Below, in pieces: positions 51,040 through 64,000 of a DNA stretch of 64,000 nt; positions within the stretch are counted from its first letter, which is position 1, and every line of letters starts with the position of its first letter. The DNA comes from Marsupella aquatica. Taxonomy: Eukaryota; Plantae; Marchantiophyta. The position numbers and the translations under genes were made by a program. The stretch covers positions 12,895,363 through 12,959,362 of the forward strand of contig OZ316895.1 in the NCBI GenBank assembly GCA_973895155.1, read 5' to 3'. The notes beneath the pieces were generated by a model, which ran no database searches, was not told where the DNA came from, and saw only the letters and a program-made list of their open reading frames with translations.

Positions 51040-52239
51040 AAGATGGCAAAGTGAGAAAAAGATGTAAAGATAAGGAAAAGATGTCTAGGAGAGAAAAGAT
51101 GTTGTGGTGAGATAAAAATTTCAAGGTGAGAAAATGATAAGATGTCAAGGTGAAAAGTTGTGGAGATGACAAAAAGGTGTCAAGTCAGGTGAGAAAGGAT
51201 GTCGAGGAGAGAAACAAATATGAAGGACATGAAATATGTCAAGGGTGAGAAAAAATGGTCGTGGTGAGATAAAGATGTCAATGTGAGAAAAAAAATGAGA
51301 TGAGAAAAATATGTCAAGGCAAAGTAAAATTGTTGTGGTGGTGTTCAACAACCTATGCATTGCAGAGATAACGGTCACCACAGCATAGAGTCAAAGCATA
51401 ACTGAGTGATAGAAAACATTTGTTTTAAATTTTGAAATTTTTAGAGAAATAAATATTTGATATATTTTATTTAAAGTCAAGTTTTTTTAAAACTTTAAAG
51501 CTTTTGATAAAATTTTCATAAATTACTTTTCAATTAATATTCAATTAATTGTTTATCTTGGTCAGGTTTGGGTAGGCTATGGGTACCTTGGGCAGAGGTA
51601 ATTGATATTAAAAGGGGTATGGATGGATCTGACTATTCTAGATAAACAAATTTATAATGAAGGGCTAGGATTGGCTCCCACTTTTTCTTGAGTTTGTAAA
51701 TGTAAAATTTAGAGAGGATATGATATTATAGTGACTTCTCCCCTCCTTGTACCAAATAAGGTATTGGGCTTGACTTCATTCAATTAATTTTTTTTCTCAT
51801 GATTACACTATCTAGTCAATAAATTGTTTTCTTGTGCATTGATGATGAGAAAGTGAGGAACTCTTTATACTTGTGCATACAAGAGGGTTAGTTTCATTTT
51901 TTGTCTTTTGTCTTTTGTCTCCACCATTTAATTCTTGCTTGTGTGAAAAGGTTTCCAATCCTTTAGGTCCACACTATATTTAATTCATTTTTGGTGTTAT
52001 GCCTTCCATTTTATTGATTACTTCCTTTTTTGACACTGCAATTTTGAATGACAACCACTTTATAGAAAGACGCAACCTTGTATTATAGTTTTAATTTTCC
52101 TTGTTCCAAGGAAAGAAGAAACGGGGAACACGTGTTTTGCCCACAGACCAATCGGAGGATCTGGGAGGGAGTGGGAGTTTAGGGTTTAGGGTATAGGGTT
52201 TAGGTACACTTTGAACTCATTTTGATTCAAGCAGAGTTA

Positions 52240-54600
52240 TTTCCAGCCCAGTGGAGAGAGGACAGCCCAGAGCAAGTCAACCAGCAAGACATCGTGGCAG
52301 GAAATCCTGCTAAGAATGCTGCCAATAGAGCACACCAAAAATGTCATTCAAATTCCCAAATATGAATAATATCTGATAGTCTATGTGAGAGACGTTTCCT
52401 AAATGATCTAGGAGACAGCCCATGAATATATAGCAGAGAGAGCAGCAACTATTATTAGCTCACTACTCTATGATTACTTTGTGAATAAATGTTTTGGACA
52501 AATCTAATTTTGCAAGGAGAGAAAATCCCAATCCAGAAGACGAAATGCAGCCTCAGAGTGAGAGGGGAATGCCAAAAAAAATGCTCCAGAGGGAGCAATA
52601 AGCCGAGAAGAACTGAAAAATCCTGTCAATATATCACCAGAGGACAACGTGCCAGGGAAAGGAGTTGGATGGATAGGTCCATAGCAAAAACATCTGGCAA
52701 CAAACAGACCACCCAATAGATCAAAGAAGCCCCACAGCCACCTAATGATGATGATATTCTGACTAGGAAAGCAAGAATTGGGGCAGACATCCCAACGAGA
52801 CTTGCGTCAAGTGAATGTTGAGAAACAAAACCAAAGATGATCATCCAGTGATGGTTCCTCAATGGGAAAGAGAAACCATGGGTAATAGACTGAGCAACAA
52901 CGGAAGTAGCCAATAGAGACCCGGAACAAAGGTGAGGAAAAGATTTATATTAGACAGTCTTCTATTGCCTATGAAGAACACATAAACTATGTGTCGAGAG
53001 GGAATGAAAACAAAAAATTGATTTGTGGAGAGCAGAACATTATAGAGTTCAACAAGGAGGACAATAAGCAATCGGGCCTGCGATGTATTTTTCTGCGTAG
53101 TGCAAGCAATTGTTTTTCTCAGAGCCAGAACAAAATGCTACCAAGTGGAGATGTCGGACAAGTGCGGAAGCGGCAGCAAAAGGGAATAAATCACAAATTG
53201 GTTAGACCAAAACAGACGGAGAGTACATTTTTTCCAGAGGAGCCAGACGGTTTCATAGATTACAAATATCCGATCATAGTGCCTCGGAGAACGCCCAAGG
53301 GCTAGATCAAGAGTACTCGAGAAGCAGCGTCCACCCAGAAGGTGAGAAAGAACCACACTGTTGTGTTCCAGGCAATGATAGCTTGCTGGTAGGTAAAAGA
53401 TATGTGCCAATTGTCTTCTCAGGGGTTTCACTTCCACAAAAATGACATATCACGTGCGACGAAGGATAGGGTCATTTTATTGGTTGTAAGGGAAGACTTA
53501 AGAATTTTTGTAGAAGAATAATAGGGCCTTTTAAATTCAATTTTGAGACTTATAAGAACATTAGGGCCTTTTTAATCCAATTTTTGGAATATTCCAAGAA
53601 TATTCCAACTTTATAGGGGTTAAAAATAATATTTTTTACTTACAGTTTAGGGGGTCCAAGGCCTAAAAACGTCACAGGTGATGGGGAGGTCCCCATGTAG
53701 TGAGACCCCCGAGATTGTCTTCCTTGCCGACAATAGGGGCACCATCAATCTCCATGTCCACATTGATTTGCTCGCTTGTCAGAGAACAGCCAGCAGCAAG
53801 GACCCTCCAAAGGAAATTCTTTCCTCTATTTGACAGGTCAGACCTCCATATTAAGCGTCTCCAGTGACGCTGCCATATATATAGCACATGAGTCAGTTGT
53901 ACCCCATTGGGTATTTAATGAGCAGAAGTCCCCTGCAGACAGGTCCAACAATATATATGCTATTGAGCTACTTAACAGACATGGGGGTGACGTTGGAGAC
54001 CCTTCCAAAACCATTGAGATTGGACAAACTACACTGATTGAGATGGTGGTGGACCAGACTGGAGAAGCAAAATGGTGTTGGATAAAAGTACCAAATAATT
54101 CAGTAACTCTAAAGCCTCTCAAACGAGGTATGTGTGATGAGTAATCAATCCATTCTGCTGATTTCCAATTCCACAGATCCAAGACCGATCAAATATTAAT
54201 ACATGAGCATGCAGTGATTATATATGGTAGAGCGGATACTGGGAAGCATAGGGAACAAATTGATTTATGAAAAAGGATATCTATTCTCCATTGAGCAAGG
54301 TAGGGAGTGAGTCAGATGACCAATGTACGTAGGTTGCTCCGAATAAGAGTCCATGCTTTCTAGATCTTGTTCCAGATACCCGTCGTGTAACTGTGTAAGC
54401 CATTCCTCAAAAGCTAAAAGGAAAGGAGAATAGAAAATGGTCCACACTTGAGTATCTCAATTGCTTGAGAAGAACAGAATGTTTCTAGGCCTCCAGCCAA
54501 AGATTAGCAGAGAAAAGAATAACCCATTCCAAATTTGGGTCTGAGATCATATAACGGACCAATGGACCAATGGACTAGCATTGTAGTGGCCTGAGTCTAT
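52240..54600 (-). mobile_element. Decayed L1-clade LINE 3' portion (zf-RVT region)
   Basis: WRRLIWRSDLSNRGKNFLWRV and CHFCGSE fragments, ETVWLLWK; many stops and shifts. Confidence 0.6.
53477..53734. mobile_element. Small AT-rich MITE-like insertion in the LINE
   Basis: Imperfect TIRs TATTGGTTGTAAGGGAAGAC / GTCTTCCTTGCCGACAATA; interrupts the zinc-finger region. Confidence 0.4.
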
Positions 54601-54679
54601 ATGTCTTTAAATCCAAGCCCTAAGCTGTCTTGTTTATGTCTACACAATCCATCCCATGAAATAAGGGGAGATTTTCACC

Positions 54680-56465
54680 CCCTATCCTTGTTAAACCCAC
54701 TGAAGGAGGCCCTAAAACCAACTGCCTCAGCCCTATGAAGTAAGGTGAAAGTCTGGCCCCGTTGAAGAGCCACACACACCCGCTGTTGAAAAAAGGCAGC
54801 GAGGACAGAGACAGGGGGAAGGCCTCCTCTCAATACAATAAACAGCACAGGCCCGCAGGAACCGGTCGAAGGCTCGATTGAAGGTAGGATGGAGAGCACC
54901 AAAAACCTCAAGGGCAAAGGGGTAGAAAAGATTCCTTGGGTAGCGAACTGCATAGGCCTCCTCCTGTTGCCAAGTACATGGGCGGCAACCGCGACATGGT
55001 TACCCCCCGGTAGGGTTAGCAACCACCACATCCCCAAGAGCACGAACCCCAGCCCTAGATCCGCCCGCCGCCGGTCAGGAAGACCACCCCGAAGGGGGAG
55101 GACATGTCGTTGCTCCATGGCAACATGGTAACCAGAGTCCCTGGCAATGGCAACCACCACGTCTCAAATATCATCATGAGTGGCAGTCCTCTCGCTCCCA
55201 TGACACACCTGAGAATATGAACTCCCAACGAATCCAATGACACCCACAAACACAAGTGGGTTGGCCAAGGAGGCAAGGGTGAGGAAGTCCCAACCTAAGG
55301 CGTAATGAAGTGATAAAGAGGAAGGAGCTCATACGAAAGGGGGCCCACAAAGGACTAGCAGACAACCACGCTCCAGAACCAGCTCCCGCACAAGAAAGGA
55401 GGTGAGCCCAAACCGAGTCAGAGGGTGCCTCCGAGAGCATGCTGGAAAGGGTGTGACGGTGCATGCGGTCGGAAATCACCTGTACGTTGGACACGGTTCG
55501 GACTGTCTAGAACCACCTCCATGAAGTTCAAAACAGCAGCCTGCACAACCTCGGGCAGGAGTGAACGGGTCTGGCGAAAGCAAACCTGGAATGGGAGGAC
55601 ACCCTCCTCAACCCCCATGACGTGGTCAAAGAGGATGGGTTGAAGATCCACAATGAAATGAGAAGCAAGGGCAGGGGCCACCTGTGCCCAACTCCCAAGG
55701 AACGCGCACAGGGCAGTGGAAACAGCCAAGGAAATACCCATGCCACCGCCGGAAGACGGCAGGGCAGCCCGCCGAGCCGCAAAAGAACCATCCTCTCCGT
55801 CAAGGGATCCAGGGCCTATAAGGTGTCCAAAGGTCCCCATCACAGTGGTGTCGATGGATGAGAGCAAGAACAAAAACAAGGGAGTGGGCAGAACAGTCCG
55901 GAGAAGGCATGAAGGGCGTCGGACGAAGCACTGGACCAAAACCATGAAGGCAATCTGGACATTGCCAAGTGCCACCAGCTAGTCGATGTGAAGAACATCC
56001 TGAGATAATGCCACCTGCAAAAACTCACAGACAAAAGCATCCTCCCCGAATGGGACCCCAAGACCTGAATGCCCTCCACATGCACAAAGGGGGACACCAA
56101 GGGGAGGGGAGAAAGAACCCGAGAGAAGATGCGAAGACCAGACCCCGCACTTCCGAGACTGCACCAAAAGGCCAAAGAGTGCCAACTGGTCAACAAAGTA
56201 AAGATAAGCATCCCCAAGGACCGAGGTGGGCCCCACCAGATGAGTGTGATCAGCAATGGACAGAAACATGCACCCAGGAAAGGCAAGTGAGGATGCCCGG
56301 AGAGCACGAAAGTGTGTCATGGCAAACAAAGCCCCACCAATGGGATCCTGCTGCCGAGTTCAGTGTCCAATTATCGTGAGGATGCCCAGAGAGCACGAAA
56401 GTGTGTCATGGCAAACAAAGCCCCACCAATGGGATCCCCCTGCCGAGTTTAGTGTCCAATTATTG
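54680..56465 (-). mobile_element. CRE-clade (RLE-type) non-LTR retrotransposon, 5'-truncated and frameshifted
   Basis: RQGDP.GGALF (RT), SIADHTH (YADD-like), ALPSSGGGMGI, GSGAWL, LRLRLGLP..C.CG, RRRADL, FFQQRVCVALQRGQ; tandem duplication of about 90 bp at 56287-56465. Confidence 0.8.
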
Positions 56466-57400
56466 TGACTAGAGGGCATGCTTTGCCAGGTAGAGTCAAG
56501 GAGAGGGCATCCAAAATGTTGCACACTGGGTTTTCATAGCCTTCCCTCTCCACTCTGGATTTTATCCTGTGTCCACTCTGGATTTTATTCTCCAAGCTCG
56601 TCTTCGGTCCCAACATTCTCGGCTTTCATTCTTCCATGGTTTTTGAAATTTTGTTTTCGTAGCTTTTTGTTCTCCAGAATCTTCTTTCTTCCCTAAATTT
56701 TTCGAAATTTTGTTTTCAAAGCTATTTATTCTCCAGAATCTTCTTCCATCCCAAAATTCGCGGGTTTCATCCTTCCAGTACGTCTCCATGTACTAAGCGT
56801 GGTGTGGGTACAAAATCCTGGAAGGGATGTTTTCAAATCTTTCAGGAAAACACGGGGTGTGACGCTGTGGATTCCCTACTTGAAAACGAAACACGATCCA
56901 CCCAACAGAAATCGTTGTGCTTCCAAACTCAAGTCAATTTCTTAAGTTAAAGAGATCCCACTACAGTTCCAGTCTCTTGTATCAACAATAAGTTCTCCAT
57001 GCCTCCCACATTGCGAGTGAGGGATTTCAAGAGGGAAACAAGGGCAATCACGAGTTATTCTCTGGGCTGGTCTGCTCAGCTGGAAGCCGCAGGTTGCTTC
57101 AAGTGAGGAATCAACTCCTATCTGAAACAGATTTATGAGGCAGTCTACCTAAACTTTCCAATTCCAATTTACTAGCCATTTGCCTGAAAATGGAAAACGA
57201 AATAGCTTTCCCGAATTGGAACCCTTATCTGGTACAACTCACATATTTCTACTTTTCTGACTCCAGTATGTAAACATTAATGCGTTGCTTGATCTGTCCA
57301 ACTTTCCTATTGAAAGTGTGAAAAGTAAATTTACAGCATGTGTTTCATTCGCTCTACCAATAAATTATTCCAATCATTCCAGAGCGCCGTTAACGTCCTG

Positions 57401-60400
57401 TTACCGCCAATATTGTGCCCATCTGTGAATTGTGTCTACCATTTGTGGGAACAAAGCACTAACGCTGTCATTAATAAGAGATTGACAGAACTGAACGGCT
57501 GTTTCATCATCCAGATCCAGCCGGAATTTTTGTTGAAGCTGCATCAAAAATCATCCGTGTGGGTGTCATTCGTAGAGTAAGCAAGATGTCTAAAGAAAAC
57601 AGAAAACATGATTTGTCCCAAGGTTTGCACTAGAAACGCACCTTCAAAATTCCCTTTTCAGGATCTGATGCAATGTCTGGAATGTTAGCACCAGCCATCA
57701 GATGAAAGAGGTTCAAAATAAGATTGCTTGATTTCCGCAGGATGTTGTAGGCTTCACAGCAGTAGGACTTGAATTTTCCATAGTGCTCACTGGAACAGCC
57801 AACATTTTTATGCCAATCACTTTAGCGACAATCCTCCAACGAGATCACGTCCCCATGTATGAATGTCTCGTGATACAATGATATTTGCGCTTCATCAAAC
57901 GAAATTACTTTTTACGATCCGAAAACCTCGGTGAAATTGGAATTTTACATTGCCAATGGGGCGACTGCAAACACCGCACATCAAACAAAGGCTGAATCAT
58001 CCATTACATCAAGATTTCTTACCTCTCTGCTCCACCCATGGCCTCAACCATTTCCTTGCATAGCTTCATTGGAGGGGGAAAAGGTTTCGGGTCACGTCCA
58101 AGAATGAAACCAAAATCAATATGCGACAACCTTCCATCTTTGGAAAGAAGAAGGTTATCCAGATGTCTGCATACCCACATACATGTTTTTTTCAAACAGA
58201 GCTTTATGGATGTAGGCTACAAACACAATTTATGTTCGCATCGACAAAGTCATAAGCTCACCACTCAAGTTTCCAAGCATCGAGGGATTCTGTGACCGGG
58301 AGAGTTGTCCGTAGGACAGAAATCTCAGGACAGAGGACCCATCGGACCCTACTCGCATTCACGTAGCAATCATGATGCACAGATGCCCATCATCTATTTA
58401 GGAAACAAGGTTGAGGGACTGTGTGTCTATATGGGTCAATTCTAACAAACAAGATTGCGCAGAAACGATGTAGAAATGCCTTCGCTGTGGCCCAAGAGCA
58501 AATTCGTACGTTTTACTAGCACACATTCTCGCAGCTAGGAAAGTGCACAAACCTGTCACCAACTCCAAGAATGTACATGATCACGCAGTAACCTGCACAA
58601 CTTTTTACAAATGTTTCCAGACAGGCTGCAGTGATGCCGAAAGGTCCGTTCTCGTCTGCATGATATTGTTGAAAAAAATTCACAATAGTCTTGTGCTCTG
58701 ACAAAACCTGTGCACAACGACCGAAGTAAGTCGATGCTTTCAAAAGTAATGATCTCCAAAACCTCTGAATTATTGGAAACGTCAAAATCTATATGCGAGT
58801 AGAATTGCACAACATATACCCAATTTCAGTAACTTACCTGTGCTAGTGATGGAGAAGAGATAAATTCAACCATCCCTTCATCCTGAGCTGTTGCAAGTAC
58901 TTTGTACGGTGTCAGTTGGAGATCAAGATTTTCCAGTTTTAGAAGCCTATCCATCAGCGACACCATCTGGACCACCTGCTCAAAGAAGATCCGTATTTGA
59001 TTAATTTAAAGGTTGAGCCAAAATGCAACAAATATAAATCTGAATATATAATCGATACGAGTAAAAGTTATTTTCTAGTTAGACTCGCATTTTTGCTGAC
59101 ATTTGGTCTAATCTGTTCTTGGTCCCATTCGCCGACAGTAAGCCTATGGATTTTAAACCTGTTGGTTCTTAGGAAATCCGCAACGTGTTCTGAAGCCTAA
59201 CATTGGAGGCATAAAACAGTTCCCTACAAGAGGTCAACATAAACCCATCGCCTGCATGCTTTGTGAACATAATAGACCTACCAGCTGGTCTTGTCGAAGG
59301 TCGTCGCCCTTTTTGAATATGATTTGACACTTTCCACCACCTTCGGTACGGAGTGTCAATCGCAGAGGATTCAAGGAACTCTTAAATATTGATGATTCAG
59401 ATGGAATAATACCAGTGATCATGGTCTTTGGATCCAGAGGTAGAGATATTGGCTGCACGGAGACAACGAGATTTGTCAGTGATGCAGACAGGGCAAGCCC
59501 CAACCTTCGATACAAAAATTTCGCACTCAATCTGAGTCCTCCAAGTTATGACGAACAGAAACAAGTTTTATGACGAGTAGCTCAAGTTAGGTTTGCATGT
59601 GGCCCAACACCCACCATCTATCTCAGAAAGGACATAAGAAATCACCTCATCGAAGTAAGTTAGCTCACTGAGTAGGCCTGAGAGTAGCTGCCGGAGTTTC
59701 TCAATCTTCTTTTGCGTTCCACCTCTAACGTTCTTCACATCCCTCATAATGGTACAGAGCTGGGCTGTCAACTCTGTCTGCCTTACCATGTTTTGCCACT
59801 GCTTTTCACCAATAGCTGACTGCAAAATTGTACAATTGCAAAACACTATGATCCCTGTTATCTATGAAAGCTTGCTCTAAACCCTAACTGACTCAGACTG
59901 GAATTTCCTACAAGGAAGGAAGGATGAAAACTTCTTTTATTGTGTTGAACCTGCTGAACACAGCTGGGCTGAGCAAGGAGCAGACGAGTCAGATTAAAGA
60001 ATCTCACCTTCTTCAGCACATCTTCAAGTATTTCATAGATAGAATAGAATCGCTTGGCGTAGGAAGGGTCATGTAGCTCAACGGCAACATACCACCGGAG
60101 AAAACTTGATAATTCAAATTTTTGAACCACTGAAACATGCAACATGTGGTAGGTTATGACACCTCACCTCACTGTTACCTTCTCAAACTATGACAAAAAA
60201 CTTTCAATCAATCATGGATACACACTGTTGTAGACAGACCTCAGATACTAATCCACTACTATAGCTAGAAGCTCAGCTCACTATATGTACGAAAGCCAAC
60301 ACTAATCCACTCTGAAAACAAAAGGACCTGATCGGAACAAACAGAAAACAACATGCTTATGAAGAGTAAGAATCTCCGAAAGGTACGTACTGACTCTACA

Positions 60401-63400
60401 TGATTCTGTTGAGATTCTATGCACAAATTAATCCATTTATGGAGAGTAAGAGGCCATCACAATACTTACGCGAGCAAAGCCTGTATGAGTGTTTACTGGT
60501 TCATATACTACTAATAAGCACTCCTCACATTTTGCAGCCCTGCCAGATTAGTGGTCAGAGCAAAGTGAGAATGACCTACCTCTTTGCACAAGAAAAAAAG
60601 CTAGATGTGATTTGTCAGATCGCTCATATCTAAGAGCCTGGACCAGTTGTAACAGATAGCATTCAAATTCTTCATCCTCAGCCCGCTCCAGAACTGTTAC
60701 AGCATAGGCTCGCACCTGAAGCCAACCAGGATATCAGCATGACAAGGACACACCCTCTGCCTGCACCAGAAAACGCAAACCAAAAGCACTTGCCAACTAC
60801 GGATATCACCATACTCAAGAGTACAAGTATGTTCTCATATGTGTCCAAGAAAGTGCACCATACTGTCCGGGGTTAAGCACAACCAACTGCCACAGGCATC
60901 AGGCAAAGAACAACGCCGAAAAGCAAAGCGCCAAGTCTTGCCAAAAGGTATCCTGATTACAGGCGAGAACAACTATATAATTTGCTCATGTTCAAACTGG
61001 TGACAAAGTTGAGCCGCTAGGTTTCTTACCTCTTCGCTTTCAAAGACAGGAGAAAGTAACTCCAGCGCATCAGCAATGTCGATTGGAGCCCATTTCCTCA
61101 TCAATTCAATGGCTTGCTTCGTTTCCTGATATTTTGTTTACCAAGAAATTCCAGCATTAAGTTCAGAGGACAAGGGCACAAAACTCTAATCCCAAGTAGC
61201 CGTGGAAGCCACATGTTTTTGCAAGCATGACAAATCTTATACAAACAGGGAAAAGCATTGATGCTCAAGGGGCCTACCTGAGCATCACTCCAATCCACAC
61301 AGCGAAGAAACTTGGTTAACGCTCGCTTCTCTGACATTAATGAAAAACGAAACTTCCACAAGAGCTGTCTCTCTTCGCCATTCAAACTCCTTGTCGGCGG
61401 ATGCTTCAAAATCTTTTGTATTTCCCTGAAATACAAAAAGATTCCCAATATGAAAAACTTGAAACTGTCGACTCGTAAACATCAGTAAACCGGTACCAAA
61501 CGTCCTCTCAATTGACATTGCGTCGGTATATCAGTGACAGGCACATCGGTACTAAGGGCTGAAACTGATTCACTGACTTACTTCTTTTCGATCATGTTGG
61601 GTTTCAGGTCGCGATCAATCAAGCCACGGGTGACACTGCGCGCTAACTTAAGCTGCTTATTCTCAGAGGGATTCTGACGACCCACTTCAGGATCCCATAC
61701 AGTCACCAGCTCATTCGACGAAGATATTGGAGACTGCATTAATGGATGAGCTCCGAGCTCCTGTACGACAAACATCAACGTGGAAAAGTTTGAGCCTTCT
61801 TCTCTCACGCTGTATATGTTGTGTGACGAGAGGTACTTGAAACTGCCTCTTTCACTAGTTCTGATGTCTGCTCTTTGTCGCACAAACTTTCCTAAGACTT
61901 CCATTCTTCTGACTTCCTGTGTCTTTCTGGAACTTGCTCCATGGATTTCTTCATCGAATCATTTCAAAATAACATTTCACAACAAAGAGGATACCTCCAT
62001 GGTGAAATGAATAAATCTTATCTACTCGCATTAAACTGTGCACATCTTCTTCCGAGATTATGAGCCCACAACTGTGACGTTGGTAACCAGTGAAGAGACA
62101 ACCAACCCAACTGCATGGGCCCACCTTATCGGAGTATGAACCTCACCTGAAACGCAACAGGATGCTCAAATGTGCGGAGGTCCACTATAAGATGAAGGTG
62201 AGAGTTTCCACATCGCTTGCTCTCTTCGTCCTTTATTCTTTCAATACTCTTGAAAGTGAGTCGATCAAGCCAGTCAATGTGGGATAGCTGACCTCTCTCA
62301 AATTTATTGACGAGCTTCTCCAGTCTTTCCACCTCGCCTCGCTCATGTTTGGGTACCTGAGCCCTACCCATCAATCAACAGTCCATGGAACAGCAAGCTC
62401 GCCCACCAATTGAGAAAGCTAAAATCCATCTCCCACGGAAAGCATGCTGATAAACCCCACTATAATACTCTCTTTTACCGCTTCTTATGGTTTTTTCTAA
62501 CCGAGAACTTGCTCAGACGATGGTCAATTTCGTCCATGAGTTCATTCTCTGTCATTCTACTGGGTATTTCACAGCCCACACATCATTACAAACCCACGGA
62601 TTTTACTTAATTCCTGAACAGTCTGTAACACACCTTCCCTGGTGTGGTGGTAGGAACGGATCCATCGGCCTCTTCGCCACGCCAAAGTCGAAGTTTCTGT
62701 TTGCCAGTCTTTAGCTGCTTCTTGCTGCTGAACAAACGCAACGTTGCTCCTCCTATTGCCACTTCTTGCCTTGGATGAGACACGTCCCATACCTGACATC
62801 AGTCCAACCAAAAAGATGACTTCAGCAAGATAATTTGTTCAGTCTGAAAGACACAGATTGATGAATACATGTGAGGACCACAAACGGGTAAAATACAAAG
62901 CAATATTTTCATTTCTTCAATGGAATTGCTGAAAAAGCTCACCGTGAGCGCAAGCTGTGCGTTGGCAGTCAAATCTCGGTACTTGGCACTCAAAGTGACA
63001 AGTTCATTCCAACGGCACGGCTTCTCTATCGAGGCGAGCCTACAGCAATTTCACACCATCAAAGTTTACCCACAGCTCCAATACTCCCGATGGAAAGGAC
63101 AGAATCACCTAGCTACCAAAACACCAATCCGAGGAGAGGTTTTCGTACCTTGTCCTCGTCGGTAATCCAAACAAAACCCCATCGATATACAAAGTGCACT
63201 CCACGTAGAGTTCCGGGACAGACTTCCGAATATCCAAGTCTGACCACCATCAGAACAATCAGCATTCTGCCGTCAGTCATTTGTCTTGCGCGAAAGCTTG
63301 AAACTCGTACAAATTACAAATGACCTATTTTTATCAATTGAGACGGAAAGTAGAACAACCTGAAACAGTATTAGAAGGCGGCTCTCCGTCCAAAGCTTCG

Positions 63401-63465
63401 ATCCGGAAAGTCACCGGAAGATTGATGTCACAGGACAGGAAGAATCTGAACTCGTTTGAGCTCAT
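57401..63465 (-). CDS. VPS34: Class III phosphatidylinositol 3-kinase, multi-exon
   Basis: Starts [22 protein letters not shown]; exons with [91 protein letters not shown]; ends [17 protein letters not shown]. Confidence 0.97.
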
Positions 63466-64000
63466 TTTGCCTGGTCTGCCCTGTCGCCCTTAAATAAAAG
63501 TTCACTTTTCTCTGCAACACAAACATCATTTGAAATCATTGAGCCAATTGCAATCTAATACCTGTAAGCAGCGTTTCCATCATAAAAGAACTTCAAGGCC
63601 AAACAAACCCGACGCCCCCATTTGACCAAGGAGGCAATTGCACAGACTGTCCATCCTACAGAGGAGAATTTGCCTCAAACGTTTTTCATTGCGCAGATGA
63701 GATTTGAGTTCAATTGTGCACGAGTTATCAAATCCCGAAAATTATTTTCCGCAGATACGGTACTACTAGGTGCGTTCCATATCGCAGTGATCCGAGCATT
63801 CCAAGTAACGACGTCTACGCCACATAACAACGAACGAAGGAAGCTGTTGCATCTCTATCCTCCTACCAATGTCCACGCCATATAATGAACAGCGAAGGAA
63901 GCGTTTGTGTGGCTAAAAGCAACTCGACGTACAGAGGTCACTCGAAAAGAAAAGGTCGCCAATCCACGCAAAACGGCAGTCTTACCTCCTCCGACACGAA

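Larger units (their letters stand above)
48270..51330. repeat. Low-complexity AAGATGT-rich array hosting both LTR insertions
   Basis: Repeated (A)AAGATGT(C/T)/GTGAGAAAA units at 48270-48560, 48905-49039 and 51040-51330. Confidence 0.6.

Noticed and set aside
56465-56862. Possible gypsy solo LTR ending GGGGTGTGAC
   Set aside because: No matching inverted terminus or TSD found.

Overview
Eukaryotic, intron-containing, transposon-rich plant DNA; a non-seed land plant such as a liverwort is my inference, not established. Three host genes, all on the minus strand: a malectin-like LRR receptor gene (5' part, 48-4732; any kinase exons would lie outside the window), an apparently intact two-exon gene of about 2095 aa fusing a MACPF-like domain to a GVIN1/VLIG-type very large GTPase (39114-46063), and class III PI3-kinase VPS34 (57401-63465). 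Two neighbouring DNA transposons each carry a candidate chromatin or DNA-modifying enzyme. The first is a CACTA/EnSpm element (16960-26319) with a SET-domain exon between the transposase N-terminal exon and the TNP2 core; the splice phases allow either product. The second is a DUF7869/Sola-like DDE element (about 28650-38320) with a divergent, intron-containing gene for a ParB-like domain fused to a beta-class N4C/N6A amino-methyltransferase, plus a recurring TTCATGAATTCATGAA palindrome. Both copies carry a few inactivating lesions. The rest comprises CRE-clade and L1 non-LTR remnants, a deleted Ty1/copia element, a solo LTR, MITE/foldback elements and tandem repeats. All calls come from reading motifs by eye; no database search was run.
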